DNA of 64,000 bases from assembly GCA_021815695.1 (NCBI GenBank), contig JAKAZT010000001.1:1233-65232 (forward strand), read 5' to 3'. Shown one piece after another: positions 29,678 to 40,626 of the stretch. Source of the DNA: Pseudomonadota bacterium. Its GTDB lineage: Bacteria; Pseudomonadota; Gammaproteobacteria; Xanthomonadales; Rhodanobacteraceae. Below the pieces are notes generated by a model that was given only the letters and a program-made list of their open reading frames with translations, made no database searches and was not told the DNA's origin. Positions within the stretch are counted from its first letter, which is position 1. Every line of letters starts with the position of its first letter. Both the position numbers and the translations under genes were made by a program.

Positions 29678-31462
29678 TCAGGGCTCCGTGCCGTCGCCGG
29701 CCGGCGGGCTGAGCTGCAGGCCACCCGCCAGCGGCCGCGCCAGTCCGTTGTCGAAACGCAGCCACAGCGGCACGCGCTGAATGTGCCCCTGCGCATCCGC
29801 AGTCAGCTGGCCGGTTGCGCCCGCGACATAGCTGCCCGGATGCGCGCGCAACCAGTCGAGATAGGGCACCAGCGCCCAGGCATCCATGCCGAACGCGAAC
29901 AAGCGGGCGGCACGGCCCTCGACATCAGGCAACTGGCCGGACAGCTCGCTGCGCGAGGGCAATCCGGGCTGGGCGTCGAACAGCCATGGTGCGTCGCCGA
30001 ACTCGATGCCGTCGAGATCGCGATCGGCATTGGGGTCATCGCGCAGGCCGTACACCGACGCGGTGGCGTAAGCCGGCTGCCGCAGCCGTGCCACGCGCAA
30101 TTGCGGCAGCAGCAGGCGCCCCTGCTCGGGACGCACCGCCATGAAGATGCCGGTGTCGGCCGGCACGCCACCGGCGACCGCGCTGCGGATCGCGCTGGCG
30201 TAGTTGACCGATCCCGGCGACAGCTGCGCGCTGCCGACCACGGTGCCGCCGCCGGCCTCGAACTGCGCGGCGAAGGCGCGCGCCGCGCGTACCGCGGCAT
30301 CGTCGTCGCCATGGAACACCAGCGCGTTGCGCAAGCCGTCGGCAAGCATCCGTGCCGCGGCCTGGGCGCCCTCGCTCTCCGGCATCAACGCGAACTCGGC
30401 GCTGCCGGGCGGCGGCGACGTGCCGTTGTCCGGATGATTGAGGGCCAGCAGCGGCACCGGCAGCGATTGCGCGAACAGCGCGGCGACGCCCTCGCGCGCC
30501 AGCGGGCCGACCACCAGCTGGGCACCGTCCGCGACGGCCTGTCGGTAAGCCGCCACGGCGCCGGCGGCGCTACCCTGGCTGTCGTAGAAACGCACCTCGG
30601 GGCGCGGCTGGCCGTCGCGCGCCGACTCGAAATAATCGGCCAGAAAGCCGTCGCGCACGGCGCGGCCGGCCGCCGCCAACGGGCCACTCTGCGGCAACAA
30701 CACGGCGATACGCTGATAAGCACGATAGCCCTCGCGCAGCGCGCCCTGACCTTGCGCTACCTGGGTCCCCACCGGGCTGGCCAGCTCGGGCAAGGTTCGC
30801 GGCAGGGCGGTACCCAGCTTGGCCAGGGCGCGCCCGATCCATGGCAGCATGGGATCGCTGGCCGGCAGCGTGGCTGCGCGCTGCTTGAGCGGATCGGCAC
30901 CGAGCCCCGCCAGCAACTGCACGATGGCGCTCTGGTTGGCCACCGCTGCCGCTCCGCGCAGGCCCGATTCCATCTGCACCCGCGCCACGGCCGCGGTCCA
31001 GCGATCGCCGACCGCTGCGGCGGCGCGCGCCTGCACGCGCTGCGCACGGACAGCCTCGTCCGGCGGCAGCGTGGCCGGCAGGGCCGCGATCAGGCTCAAC
31101 GCACGTCGCGGGTCCTTGCGCGCCAGCGCACGCTCGGCGGCCAGCAGGTCGTAGCGGGTGCGATCGTCGGCACCCAGCCGATCGCGGCGCAGCAACGCCA
31201 GCTCGGCGTCGGCGCGGCCGCCCCGGCCCTCGGCCTGCAGCGCTTCGGCGGCGCGCAGGCGATAGCCGTCACTGCCGGCGCCGCCCTGTGCGGCGAGGCC
31301 GAGCCAGTCACGCGCCGCGCCGGCGTAGTCGCCGCGCGCATCCAGCGCCTGCGCCTGGGCCGCCTGCGCCTGCTGTGCGGGCGTCGGCCCGCCGAGGCTG
31401 GCGCAGCCGGCCAGCAGCAGGGCTGCGAGAACGGGAAGCAGCAGGGCGCGCAGGCGATGCAT
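29678..31462 (-). CDS. lpoA: Penicillin-binding protein activator LpoA/LppC lipoprotein
   Basis: Lipobox [44 protein letters not shown]; sits between yraN and rsmI. Confidence 0.9.
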   Translation of the reverse strand: MHRLRALLLPVLAALLLAGCASLGGPTPAQQAQAAQAQALDARGDYAGAARDWLGLAAQGGAGSDGYRLRAAEALQAEGRGGRADAELALLRRDRLGADDRTRYDLLAAERALARKDPRRALSLIAALPATLPPDEAVRAQRVQARAAAAVGDRWTAAVARVQMESGLRGAAAVANQSAIVQLLAGLGADPLKQRAATLPASDPMLPWIGRALAKLGTALPRTLPELASPVGTQVAQGQGALREGYRAYQRIAVLLPQSGPLAAAGRAVRDGFLADYFESARDGQPRPEVRFYDSQGSAAGAVAAYRQAVADGAQLVVGPLAREGVAALFAQSLPVPLLALNHPDNGTSPPPGSAEFALMPESEGAQAAARMLADGLRNALVFHGDDDAAVRAARAFAAQFEAGGGTVVGSAQLSPGSVNYASAIRSAVAGGVPADTGIFMAVRPEQGRLLLPQLRVARLRQPAYATASVYGLRDDPNADRDLDGIEFGDAPWLFDAQPGLPSRSELSGQLPDVEGRAARLFAFGMDAWALVPYLDWLRAHPGSYVAGATGQLTADAQGHIQRVPLWLRFDNGLARPLAGGLQLSPPAGDGTEP

Positions 31463-31541
31463 GCGAATTCCTTGATGCCGGCAGGGACGATTGCGCGATG
31501 ATAGCGAATCGCGCCGCCTCATCGCGGTGCCGGAGACAGGC

Positions 31542-32375
31542 ATGCATCCGCCCACGGGCACGCTATGGGTGGTGGCGACCCCGATCGGCCATCTCGACGA
31601 CCTCAGCCCGCGCGCCGCCGACACCCTGCGCAGGGCCGCGCTGATCGCCGCCGAGGACACCCGCCACAGCCGCCCGCTGCTTGCGCACCACGGCATCGCC
31701 ACCGCGCTGACCGCACTGCACGAACACAACGAACGCGAAGCCGTCGCCGCGCTGCTGGCGCGGCTGGCCGCCGGCGACGACATCGCGCTGATCGCCGATG
31801 CCGGCACGCCGCTGATCAGCGATCCCGGCTACCGGCTGGTGCGCGCCGCCCGCAGCGCCGGCTTCCGGGTGTCGCCGGTGCCCGGCGCCTGCGCCGCGAT
31901 CGCCGCACTGTCGGTCGCGGGCCTGGCCAGCGACCGCTTCGTGTTCGAAGGCTTCCTGCCCGCCAAATCGGCCGCGCGACACGCGCGCCTGCAGGCGCTG
32001 GCCGGCGAGTCGCGCACACTGGTGTTCTACGAATCCTCGCATCGCATCGAGGAGTCGCTGGCCGCCATCGCCGCAGTGTTCGGCGCCGGGCGCGAAGCGG
32101 TGCTCGCGCGCGAACTGACCAAGCGCTTCGAGACCGTGCTGGCGCTGCCGCTGGGCGAACTGGCGACACGTGTCGCCGCCGATGCCGACCAGCGCCGCGG
32201 CGAATTCGTGCTGCTGGTCGCCGGCCATGCCGAAGCGGAAGACGAGCGGCTGCCCGAAGGCCGCCGCGTATACGCCCTGCTGCGCGAGGAGCTGCCGCCG
32301 GCGCGTGCCGCACGCCTGGCCGCCGCCATCACCGGTGCCCCGCGACGGGCGCTGTACGCCGGCAACGAGAACTGA
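31542..32375 (+). CDS. rsmI: 16S rRNA C1402 2'-O-methyltransferase
   Basis: [12 protein letters not shown]...[45 protein letters not shown]. Confidence 0.96.
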   Translation: MHPPTGTLWVVATPIGHLDDLSPRAADTLRRAALIAAEDTRHSRPLLAHHGIATALTALHEHNEREAVAALLARLAAGDDIALIADAGTPLISDPGYRLVRAARSAGFRVSPVPGACAAIAALSVAGLASDRFVFEGFLPAKSAARHARLQALAGESRTLVFYESSHRIEESLAAIAAVFGAGREAVLARELTKRFETVLALPLGELATRVAADADQRRGEFVLLVAGHAEAEDERLPEGRRVYALLREELPPARAARLAAAITGAPRRALYAGNEN

Positions 32376-32445
32376 AAGACGCAGCCGCCGGGGATCGCGC
32401 CGGCGGCCGCAGCGCGCGACAATGGCGCGTTCCGGGAGGCTTCGC

Positions 32446-33240
32446 ATGTCCAACTCGACTTTCGGCGATCCGCTGCGGATCGCCAGCCGCAGCTTCCGTT
32501 CGCGGCTGCTGACCGGCACCGGCAAATACCGGGATTTCGACGAGACCCGCCGCGCCACCGAGGCCGCGGGCGCCGAGATCGTCACCGTCGCGATCCGCCG
32601 CATGAACCTGGGCCAGGATCCCGGCCAGCCCAACCTGCTCGACGTGCTGCCGCCGGAGCGCTACACGATCCTGCCCAACACCGCCGGCTGCTACACCGCC
32701 GAGGACGCCGTGCGTACCTGCCGACTGGCGCGCGAGCTGCTGGACGGACACACCCTGGTCAAACTGGAGGTGCTGGGTGACGCGCGCACGCTGTATCCCG
32801 ACGTGGTGCAGACGCTGAAAGCCGCCGAGATGCTGGTCGGCGAAGGCTTCGAGGTCATGGTCTACACCAGCGACGACCCGATCCTGGCGCGCCAGCTGGA
32901 GCAGATCGGCTGCGTCGCGGTGATGCCGCTGGCGGCGCCGATCGGCTCCGGGCTGGGCATCCAGAACCGCTACACCCTGCTGGAGATCATCGAGAACGCC
33001 AAGGTACCGATCATCGTCGATGCCGGCGTCGGCACGGCCTCGGACGCCGCGCTCGCGATGGAACTGGGCTGCGACGGCGTGCTGATGAACACCGCGATCG
33101 CCGGCGCGCGCGATCCGGTGCGCATGGCGCTGGCGATGAAGCTGGCGGTCGAGGCCGGGCGCGCGGCGTTCCAGGCCGGACGCATCCCGCGCAAGCGCTA
33201 CGCCTCGGCGTCCAGCCCGATCGACGGCACCGTGGGATGA
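32446..33240 (+). CDS. thiG: Thiazole synthase
   Basis: [61 protein letters not shown]. Confidence 0.98.
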   Translation: MSNSTFGDPLRIASRSFRSRLLTGTGKYRDFDETRRATEAAGAEIVTVAIRRMNLGQDPGQPNLLDVLPPERYTILPNTAGCYTAEDAVRTCRLARELLDGHTLVKLEVLGDARTLYPDVVQTLKAAEMLVGEGFEVMVYTSDDPILARQLEQIGCVAVMPLAAPIGSGLGIQNRYTLLEIIENAKVPIIVDAGVGTASDAALAMELGCDGVLMNTAIAGARDPVRMALAMKLAVEAGRAAFQAGRIPRKRYASASSPIDGTVG

Positions 33241-33944
33241 GAACCGTGACCGCCGCGCCGACGGACACCCCAGCGCACCGCCCCGTCCGCAGCTTCGTGC
33301 TGCGGGAAGGCCGCATCACCCCGGCCCAGCAGCGCGCCTTCGACGATCACTGGTCCCGCTACGGACTCGATTACAGCGGCGCGCCACGCGACTTCGACGC
33401 GGTGTTCGGTCGCCGGGCATCGCGCGTGCTGGAAATCGGCTTCGGCAACGGCGAGGCGCTGGCCTGGGCGGCCGCGCATGAGCCCGAACGCGATTTCATC
33501 GGCATCGAGGTGCATCGGCCGGGTGTCGGCCGGCTGATCAACACGCTGGCGGCGCAGGGCAGCGACAACGTGCGCGTCTATCGCCACGACGCGGTCGAGG
33601 TGCTGCGCAACGAAATCGCGCCCGCCAGCCTGGCCGAGGTGCGCCTCTGGTTTCCGGATCCCTGGCCCAAGCTGCGTCATCACAAGCGGCGCCTGATCCA
33701 GCCGGCGTTCGCGACGCTGCTGGCCAGCCGCGTCGCGCCTGGCGGACTCTTGCATCTGGCGACCGACTGGGCGGACTATGCACGGCACATGCAGGAGGTG
33801 CTGGACGCGGCCCCGGAGTGGCGCAATCGGCTGGGGCCCGGCGGCATCTCGCCGCGTCCGGCCTGGCGCATCGCCACCCACTTCGAGCAGCGTGGGGTGC
33901 GCCTCGGCCACGATGTGGCCGATTTTCTCTACGACCGCCGCTGA
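33237..33944 (+). CDS. trmB: tRNA (guanine-N7)-methyltransferase
   Basis: [42 protein letters not shown]. Confidence 0.96.
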   Translation: MRTVTAAPTDTPAHRPVRSFVLREGRITPAQQRAFDDHWSRYGLDYSGAPRDFDAVFGRRASRVLEIGFGNGEALAWAAAHEPERDFIGIEVHRPGVGRLINTLAAQGSDNVRVYRHDAVEVLRNEIAPASLAEVRLWFPDPWPKLRHHKRRLIQPAFATLLASRVAPGGLLHLATDWADYARHMQEVLDAAPEWRNRLGPGGISPRPAWRIATHFEQRGVRLGHDVADFLYDRR

Positions 33945-33968
33945 GCGCACCGGAGCACCCCGCCCCCG

Positions 33969-35825
33969 ATGGACGGCACACCCCTGACGCTCACCACCGA
34001 CATGGTGCTCGTGCTCGGGCTGGTCGTATTCACCGTGGTGATGCTGGCGCTGGAGTGGATCCGTTCCGACATCACCGCGCTGCTGGTACTGGCCGTGCTG
34101 GGCGTCAGCGGCATCATCGGCTCGCACCAGATCTACGACGGCTTCGCCAATTCCGGCGTGCAGGCGATCATCGCGGTGATGATCATGGGTGTCGGTCTCG
34201 ACCGCACCGGCGCCCTCAATGCCGTCGCCAGCCTGATCATGCGCGCCGCGCGCGGCGCGGAGTGGCGGCTCGGACTGGTGGTCAACGGCGTCACCACCGC
34301 GCTGAGTTCGATCATCCCGAGCCAGGCTCTTGCCGCACTGATGATCCCGGTTGCCGGCCGCGTCTCCTCGCGCAGCGGCGTGCCGCTGTCGAAACTGCTG
34401 CTGCCGATGGCCTGCGTGATTCTCACCGGCACCAACACCACGCTGATCGCGAATACCCCGCTGATCATCCTCAACGGCCTGATCGCCAGCGCCAATCGCA
34501 ACCTGCCGCCGGGCGCCAACACGATCCCCGAGTTCGGCATGTACACGGTGACGCCGATCGGCATCATCCTGGCCGTGGTCGGCGTGGCATTCTTCGCGCT
34601 GTTCACCGACCGCCTGTTCAAGCACGCTCCGGAGGACAGCGGCAAGGTCACGCCGGGCCGTACCGAAAGCTATTTCGCCGAGACTTACGGCATCGCCGGC
34701 GACGTGGTCGAAATGACCGTCGGCGCCGACAGTCCGCTGGTGGGCATGAGCATCCTCGAAGCCGAGCAGCTGCCGGATGCGCCCTTGATCCTGGCCCTGA
34801 AGACCGGCAACGAGTCGCGCCTCGCCCCGCCGGCCGACCAGATGATCTGGGTCGGCACGGTGCTGGGCGTGATGGGCGGCCAGGAGCAGCTCGCGCGCTT
34901 CGCCCAGGCCCAGAACTGCCGGACCTCGACGCGCCTGCGCAATCTCGGCGACATGTTCAATCCCGCGCGCGCGGGCATCTCCGAGGCGGTGCTCCCGCCG
35001 AGTTCGCACTTTCTCAAGCAGACCGTGGGCGATCTGCATCTGCGCAAGCGTTTCGGCATTTCGGTGCTGGCGGTCAACCGCGGCGACGAGGTCTTTCGCG
35101 AGGACGTGCGCAAGGTCGCCCTGCGGGCCGGCGACACCCTGGTGCTGCACAGCGCCTGGGGCGATCTCAAGACCCCGCGCGAGGAACATGACCTGGTCCT
35201 GGTCACCGACGTGCCGAAGGAGGAGGCGCGACCGGGCAAGATCCGCCAGGCGCTGTTCTTCTTCCTGCTGGCCAAGGGTCTGGCGCTGTCCGAATTGCTG
35301 CCGCTGCCGGTCGCATTCTGGGTCGGCGCCGTCGGCATGCTGCTGTCCGGCGTGATCACCCCGGACGAGGTCTATCGCTCGATCAACTGGAAGACGATCT
35401 TCATCACCGCCAGCCTGATGCCGCTGGGCTGGGCCATGGACCAGACCGGCGCCGGCCCGTGGATCGGCCAGGAGCTGATGGTGCACATCGGCGGGCTGCC
35501 GCAATGGACGATCCAGGCCAGCGTCGCACTGCTCGCGCTGTCGCTCTCGCAGGTGATGCAGAACGTCGGCGCGACCGTGGTGATGGTGCCGATCGCGGTC
35601 AACATCGCGCTGGCCACCGGCGGCAATCCCACCGCCTACATCCTGATCGTGGCGATGTCGGTGTCCAACACCTTCCTGATCTCGTCGGCGCATCCGGCAC
35701 TGACCATGGTCGCCGGCCCGGGCGGCTACCGCGGCAAGGACTTCCTGCGCGTGGGCCTGCCACTGACGCTGGTGTACATGATCACCGTGATCGTGGGCGT
35801 GGACCTGCTCTACCACGCCGGCTGA
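33969..35825 (+). CDS. SLC13/DASS-family permease with two TrkA-C domains
   Basis: Many TM helices flanking a soluble region (SPLVGM.., FGISVLAVNRG); GPGGY..KDFLRVG. Confidence 0.9.
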   Translation: MDGTPLTLTTDMVLVLGLVVFTVVMLALEWIRSDITALLVLAVLGVSGIIGSHQIYDGFANSGVQAIIAVMIMGVGLDRTGALNAVASLIMRAARGAEWRLGLVVNGVTTALSSIIPSQALAALMIPVAGRVSSRSGVPLSKLLLPMACVILTGTNTTLIANTPLIILNGLIASANRNLPPGANTIPEFGMYTVTPIGIILAVVGVAFFALFTDRLFKHAPEDSGKVTPGRTESYFAETYGIAGDVVEMTVGADSPLVGMSILEAEQLPDAPLILALKTGNESRLAPPADQMIWVGTVLGVMGGQEQLARFAQAQNCRTSTRLRNLGDMFNPARAGISEAVLPPSSHFLKQTVGDLHLRKRFGISVLAVNRGDEVFREDVRKVALRAGDTLVLHSAWGDLKTPREEHDLVLVTDVPKEEARPGKIRQALFFFLLAKGLALSELLPLPVAFWVGAVGMLLSGVITPDEVYRSINWKTIFITASLMPLGWAMDQTGAGPWIGQELMVHIGGLPQWTIQASVALLALSLSQVMQNVGATVVMVPIAVNIALATGGNPTAYILIVAMSVSNTFLISSAHPALTMVAGPGGYRGKDFLRVGLPLTLVYMITVIVGVDLLYHAG

Positions 35826-35834
35826 GGCGCACCG

Positions 35835-36170
35835 TCACTCGAGCAGGCGCAGCACCTCGCCCGCGACCACACGCAGGGCAACGGCGCGCAGGCGGTCGCC
35901 GCGGCAGGGTCCGCCCAGGCACGTCCCGTCGAGCGCCGCGAAGCTGGCGCCGTGCGCCGCGCATACCAGCACGCCGTCGCGGATCAGGAACTTGCCGGGC
36001 GCCCAGTCGAGGCGCTGCCCCGCGTGCGGACAGACATTGCGGAAGGCGCTGATCGCGTCGCCGCGGCGGGTCAGCAGCAGATCATCCGCGCCATCGGTCA
36101 GCGCCAGCGCACCGCCGTCGGGCACATCGTCGAGGCGACACAGGCGCCGTTCATGCGCGGGGTGGAGCAT
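35835..36170 (-). CDS. Rieske 2Fe-2S ferredoxin
   Basis: NVCPHAG and CAAHGASF...G.C.GGP Rieske motifs. Confidence 0.92.
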   Translation of the reverse strand: MLHPAHERRLCRLDDVPDGGALALTDGADDLLLTRRGDAISAFRNVCPHAGQRLDWAPGKFLIRDGVLVCAAHGASFAALDGTCLGGPCRGDRLRAVALRVVAGEVLRLLE

Positions 36171-36234
36171 AGTCGGATGCATCCACGGCGGATTCGCCGC
36201 ATGCTGGACGCGCGATTCTGCCACGAGCCCTCCG

Positions 36235-36522
36235 ATGCGCATCGAACTGCCACCCTTCCGCCGCTCCCCCCACCCCGTGCTGCGCGTGCTGGGCGCCGTG
36301 CTGGGCGTGGCGGTGCTGATCGCGCTGCTGGCCTTCGGCGCGTTCGCGCTGCTGCTGGCGCTGCTGGTCGTCAGCGTGGTCTTCGTCGCCCGCCAGGTGA
36401 TGCGGCCACGGGTTGCGACCCGCCACGACGAGCCCGCCACACCCCCTGCATCCGCTGCGCCTCCCGGCGTGATCGAAGGCGAGTTCGTGATCGTGCGCGA
36501 GACCCGCGAGCCGCCGCGCTAG
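36235..36522 (+). CDS. Small membrane hypothetical protein
   Basis: Long hydrophobic hairpin and C-terminal VIEGEF motif. Confidence 0.75.
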   Translation: MRIELPPFRRSPHPVLRVLGAVLGVAVLIALLAFGAFALLLALLVVSVVFVARQVMRPRVATRHDEPATPPASAAPPGVIEGEFVIVRETREPPR

Positions 36523-36674
36523 CCGTGCTGCCGCAAAGGCTGTCTGGCAGGCGCGGCCGGAAGGCCCCCGCTGATGATGAACGGGAAATATCCCTCCCGG
36601 CATTCGCTCTGGCACGCCGCATCGGGCGCACAAACCGGATGGCGGCGCGCATCGGCCGCGGCTAGTCTGCCGGC

Positions 36675-37577
36675 ATGACCGCAGGCAGCCCTTACGACTC
36701 ATCCGCCCCGGACGACGCGCTGGAGCACGTGCGTCGCGCGCTGGAGACCGACGAGCCGGCGCCGCCGCTGGCCACGCTGGCCGCCGCCGTCGGTCTGAGC
36801 CGCGCCCATCTCGCGCGCGCCTTCCGCCATCGCTACGGCCTGCCGCCTGCAGCCTACGCGCGGGCTCATCGCTTCCGTCGTCTGCGCGCCGGTCTGGCGC
36901 AGGCGGATTCGGTGAGCGCCGCGGTCGCCGCAGCCGGGTTCGGCTCCGACAGCCGCGTTTACGAGCGCAGCGACGCCCTGCTCGGCATGAGCCCCGCCCG
37001 CTGGCGGCAGGGCGGTGCAGGAATCGCGATCCGCTACACCACATTGGATTCGCCGTTCGGCCGTGTGCTGGTGGCGGCGACTGCGCGCGGTCTGTGCGCG
37101 GTCGAGATCGGCGACAACGATGACGCGCTGAGCGCAGCACTGCGCGCCGCATTCCCGCAGGCCGCGCTCAGCCGCGAGGACGACGGCCGCGATACCTGGC
37201 TGGCGCCGGCACTGACGCGGATCGCCGCCGAACTCGCCGGCAGCGAGGCACCCACGCCACCGATCGATGTCGCCGGCACCGCCTTTCAATGGCGCGTGTG
37301 GCAGGCGCTGACGCGCATTCCCCGCGGCACCACGGTCAGCTATGCCCAACTGGCGACGACGATCGGCACGCCCAATGCCGCGCGCGCGGTCGGCAGCGCC
37401 TGCGGCAGCAACCGGCTGGCGCTGGTGGTGCCCTGCCATCGCGTGATCCGCGAGGACGGCAGCCTCGGCGGCTGGCGCTGGGGTCTGGCGCGCAAACGCG
37501 CCGTGCTCGAGGCCGAGCAGATCACGGTCAGCGCGCTGCCTGTCGCGCGCCCGCCGCGCGCCCGCACGGGCCGCTAA
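36675..37577 (+). CDS. AraC-HTH + methylated-DNA--protein-cysteine methyltransferase (Ada-like, lacking the Zn-binding N-domain)
   Basis: L..LAAAVGLS..HL.R.F HTH; GTAFQWRVW, G.TVSY, ARAVG.AC..N, VPCHRV. Confidence 0.92.
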   Translation: MTAGSPYDSSAPDDALEHVRRALETDEPAPPLATLAAAVGLSRAHLARAFRHRYGLPPAAYARAHRFRRLRAGLAQADSVSAAVAAAGFGSDSRVYERSDALLGMSPARWRQGGAGIAIRYTTLDSPFGRVLVAATARGLCAVEIGDNDDALSAALRAAFPQAALSREDDGRDTWLAPALTRIAAELAGSEAPTPPIDVAGTAFQWRVWQALTRIPRGTTVSYAQLATTIGTPNAARAVGSACGSNRLALVVPCHRVIREDGSLGGWRWGLARKRAVLEAEQITVSALPVARPPRARTGR

Positions 37578-37608
37578 GCTACGCGCCCCGCATCCTCCGA
37601 TCATCACG

Positions 37609-38496
37609 ATGACCACCGCTCCGGCCGCCGCGACCGCGCCCCGTCTGACCGTGTTCGCCGCGCTGGCCGCGGTGTATCTGGTCTGGGGTTCGACCTACTT
37701 CGCCATCCGCATCGCGCTGGAAGGCTTCCCGCCGTTCGCGCTGGCGGCGATCCGCTTCCTGATCGCCGGCGGCGGCCTGTACGCGTTCCTGCGCCTGCGC
37801 GGCGCACCGGCTCCCACGCGCACGCAGTGGCGCAACGCCGCGTTCACCGGCCTGCTGCTGCTCGGCTTCGGCAATGGTCTGGTCTGCTATGCCGAGCAAA
37901 GCGTCGCTTCCGGCATCGCCGCGGTCGCGGTGGCCAGTGTGACCCTGTTCGCGGCGGTGTTCTCGGCGCTCTACGGCGACTGGCCGCGACGCTCGGAATG
38001 GCTGGGCGTACTGGTCGGCCTGGCCGGCGTGCTGATCCTCAACTTCGGTGGCGACCTGCGCGCCGCGCCGCTCGGTGCCGCGGCGCTGGTGATCGCCGCC
38101 TGCGCCTGGGCCTTCGGCTCGGTCTGGAGCCGGCGGCAGGACATGCCGAGCGGTGCGATGAGTACGGCCGCACAGATGCTGGCGGGCGGCGCAGCCCTGG
38201 CGCTGATGGCCCTGCTTGCCGGCGAACGCTTCACGGCAGTACCGGGCGCCCGCGCCTGGAGTGCGTTCGCCTACCTGGTCGTGTTCGGCTCGATCGTCGG
38301 CTTCAGCGCCTACATCTACCTGCTGCACCACGTGCGCCCGGCGCTCGCCACCAGTTACGCCTACGTCAATCCGCCGGTGGCGGTGCTGCTTGGCGTCGCA
38401 CTGGGCGGCGAGCATCCCGGGCCGCGTGAGTGGATCGGCATGGTGGTGATCCTCGCCGGCGTCGCCTTCATCACCCTGGCGCGGCAACGGCGCTGA
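37609..38496 (+). CDS. yedA: EamA/DMT drug-metabolite exporter
   Basis: VYLVWGSTYFAI, SGIAAV.VA, YL..FGSIVGFSAY.YLL..VRPALATSYAYVNP. Confidence 0.88.
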   Translation: MTTAPAAATAPRLTVFAALAAVYLVWGSTYFAIRIALEGFPPFALAAIRFLIAGGGLYAFLRLRGAPAPTRTQWRNAAFTGLLLLGFGNGLVCYAEQSVASGIAAVAVASVTLFAAVFSALYGDWPRRSEWLGVLVGLAGVLILNFGGDLRAAPLGAAALVIAACAWAFGSVWSRRQDMPSGAMSTAAQMLAGGAALALMALLAGERFTAVPGARAWSAFAYLVVFGSIVGFSAYIYLLHHVRPALATSYAYVNPPVAVLLGVALGGEHPGPREWIGMVVILAGVAFITLARQRR

Positions 38497-38627
38497 GTGC
38501 GGGCCTTCTTTCCCATCCGGGCCGGGGTGCCGAGCGCATGGCTTCGCGACGGTACGCCTGGCCGTGAGCCGGCAACAGACGACGTTGTGCACAGCACCCG
38601 GATCGGATGCGCCGGCCTGGCGGCCTG

Positions 38628-39212
38628 TCAGTAGATCCAGGGCAGCAGCGCCCAGCTTGCTCGGCGATAGTCCGCATAGGCAGTGCCGAAGTGCTCCAGC
38701 ATCAGGCATTCCTCGCGCCGCAGCTTGACCAGCAACGCCACCACGACCAGCAGCATGGCCAGCAAGCCGCGCCACTCGCCGAGCGCCAGCGCACTGCCGG
38801 CGAAAGCCGCCAGCATGCCGGTGTAGATCGGATGGCGCAGGTACCGATAAGGGCCGCTGCGAATCAGGCTGTGCTCGTGTTTGAGCGTGACCATGGCGCT
38901 CCAGTTGGCGCCCAGGTGCCTGCGCGCCTGGACGGCGAAGCCGAGGCCGAGCATGACCAGGGTCAAACCGATGCCGTAACCGATCCCGCTGCGCGCGATG
39001 ATGGGCGCAGCGAGCATGCCGAGTGATCGCGCGGGCAGCAGGAACAACAGCGCGGCAACGACCATCGGAATGGCATGACTGGCACGCCGCATAGCCGACT
39101 CGCGACGCTCGATCGCCTTCAGCTTTCCGGCGCCGAACCACCAGTACATGAGCCACGCCAGCCAGAGCAGCGGAATCGGATTGCCCAGCAACAAGCGCAG
39201 TGACGCACCCAT
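38628..39212 (-). CDS. Isoprenylcysteine carboxyl methyltransferase (ICMT/PEMT)-family membrane protein
   Basis: LG.NWS, H.LI.SGPYRYLRHPIYTG, EE..M.EHFG..YADY. Confidence 0.9.
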   Translation of the reverse strand: MGASLRLLLGNPIPLLWLAWLMYWWFGAGKLKAIERRESAMRRASHAIPMVVAALLFLLPARSLGMLAAPIIARSGIGYGIGLTLVMLGLGFAVQARRHLGANWSAMVTLKHEHSLIRSGPYRYLRHPIYTGMLAAFAGSALALGEWRGLLAMLLVVVALLVKLRREECLMLEHFGTAYADYRRASWALLPWIY

Positions 39213-39312
39213 GGGAGCTCCTCCGGATTGACGGTGCGCCGCGTCCGAACCGACCGAGCGCAACCGATGTCATGAAACAGCTACGGGCGGGTCGCATCGG
39301 CCCGCAAAAGCC

Positions 39313-40617
39313 CTACAACTCCCGCAGCGCCGTCGTCACCGGCAGGCGCGCGGCGCGCAGCGCCGGAAACAGCCCGCCGACGAAGCCGATCGCCAGCGCC
39401 CATTTCAGTCCGGCGATCAGCAGCGCGGGCGTGACGCGGAACTGGAACACCACCTGGCTGAAGTTCTGACCCAGCGTCGAGACGGTGTAGTTGTTGAAGA
39501 TCAGCCAGGCGATCGCGCCGCCAAGCAGGCCGCCCAGCAGGGCCAGCAGCATGGTTTCCAGCAGCACCGAGACGACCACCGGCAAGCCGGTGAAGCCGAT
39601 CGCGCGCAGCGTGGCGATCTCGCGCGCACGCGCTGCGACCGCGGCGTACATGGTGTTGAGCGCGCCGAAGATCGCTCCGATCGCCATGATCACCGCCACG
39701 GTGATGCCGACCGCGCGGATCACCCGGGTCAGCCCGGCCGACTGCTTGGCGTAGTAGCTGCGCGTGGTCTCGACGTCGACCTTGAGCTGCGGGTTGCTGA
39801 GCAGCGCGGCCTTGAAGCGGGCGAAATCCGCCGCGCCCGCCAGGCGCACGCTGACCGACTGGAAACCGTTGCGGCGATAGGCCGACGCCACGGTCTCGCT
39901 GTCGCCCCAGAGTTCCGAATCGTGCGCATCACCGGCGTCGAACTCGCCGACCACGGTCCAGGGCTGGCGCCCCAGCAGCACCTTGCTGCCGATGCCCAGT
40001 CCGGCAAATTGCGTCTCGGCGCCCCTGCCCACCACCAGCTCGCGCAGGCCCGGCGTGAAGCGCCGTCCCTTGATGATCCTGAGATGCGGATACAGCGACC
40101 AGGCCTCGGGACCCACCCCGCGCAGCTGCACATTGGCCGTGGTCCCGGTGCTCTTCTTGGGCAGATTGACGATCACCACCAGCTCCGGCGAAGCGATCGG
40201 ATGTCCCTGCGCGTCCCTGGCGATGCCGGGCGCCTGCGTGATCAGCGTGGTGCTGGCGCGATCGATGCCCGAGGACAGTTCGTTGTTGGAACCGGCGCGC
40301 AGGACGATCGCGGTGTCGTTGCTGCCGCTGGCCTTGAGCGTGGTCTGGAACCCCTCCGCCATCGCCAGCAGCGCGACCAGCACGCCGACCACGCCGGCGA
40401 TGCCGACCAGGATCACCGAGGACGAGCCCAGTCGTTGCGGCAGGGTGGCGATGCCGACTCGCGTCACCTGCAGCGCCTGGCGCCCGCGTCGCGTCAGCAG
40501 CAGCGCCACACCCAGCAACAGCACGATTGCCAGCAGCACGAACCAGGGCAACGCGATCCACGCCGCAAGCGCGACGGCCAGCAGGACGATGGTCAGCACA
40601 CCGGTGAGTACCCGCAT
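39313..40617 (-). CDS. MacB/FtsX-family ABC transporter permease
   Basis: TM - periplasmic domain - GALNTMYAAV..R.REIATLRAIGF - TM3, GGLFPALRAARL. Confidence 0.93.
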   Translation of the reverse strand: MRVLTGVLTIVLLAVALAAWIALPWFVLLAIVLLLGVALLLTRRGRQALQVTRVGIATLPQRLGSSSVILVGIAGVVGVLVALLAMAEGFQTTLKASGSNDTAIVLRAGSNNELSSGIDRASTTLITQAPGIARDAQGHPIASPELVVIVNLPKKSTGTTANVQLRGVGPEAWSLYPHLRIIKGRRFTPGLRELVVGRGAETQFAGLGIGSKVLLGRQPWTVVGEFDAGDAHDSELWGDSETVASAYRRNGFQSVSVRLAGAADFARFKAALLSNPQLKVDVETTRSYYAKQSAGLTRVIRAVGITVAVIMAIGAIFGALNTMYAAVAARAREIATLRAIGFTGLPVVVSVLLETMLLALLGGLLGGAIAWLIFNNYTVSTLGQNFSQVVFQFRVTPALLIAGLKWALAIGFVGGLFPALRAARLPVTTALREL

Positions 40618-40626
40618 ACGTCCCCC

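Noticed and set aside
32376-32445. Possible TPP riboswitch before thiG (also checked before thiS)
   Set aside because: No CTGAGA or CCTGA..GGATAATGCC.GCG signature, and too little space.
38500-38600. FMN-like (CGGATGGGAAAGAAG, minus) and TPP-like (GGGGTGCC, plus) fragments
   Set aside because: Only short partial matches, and the region lies between two convergent gene ends.
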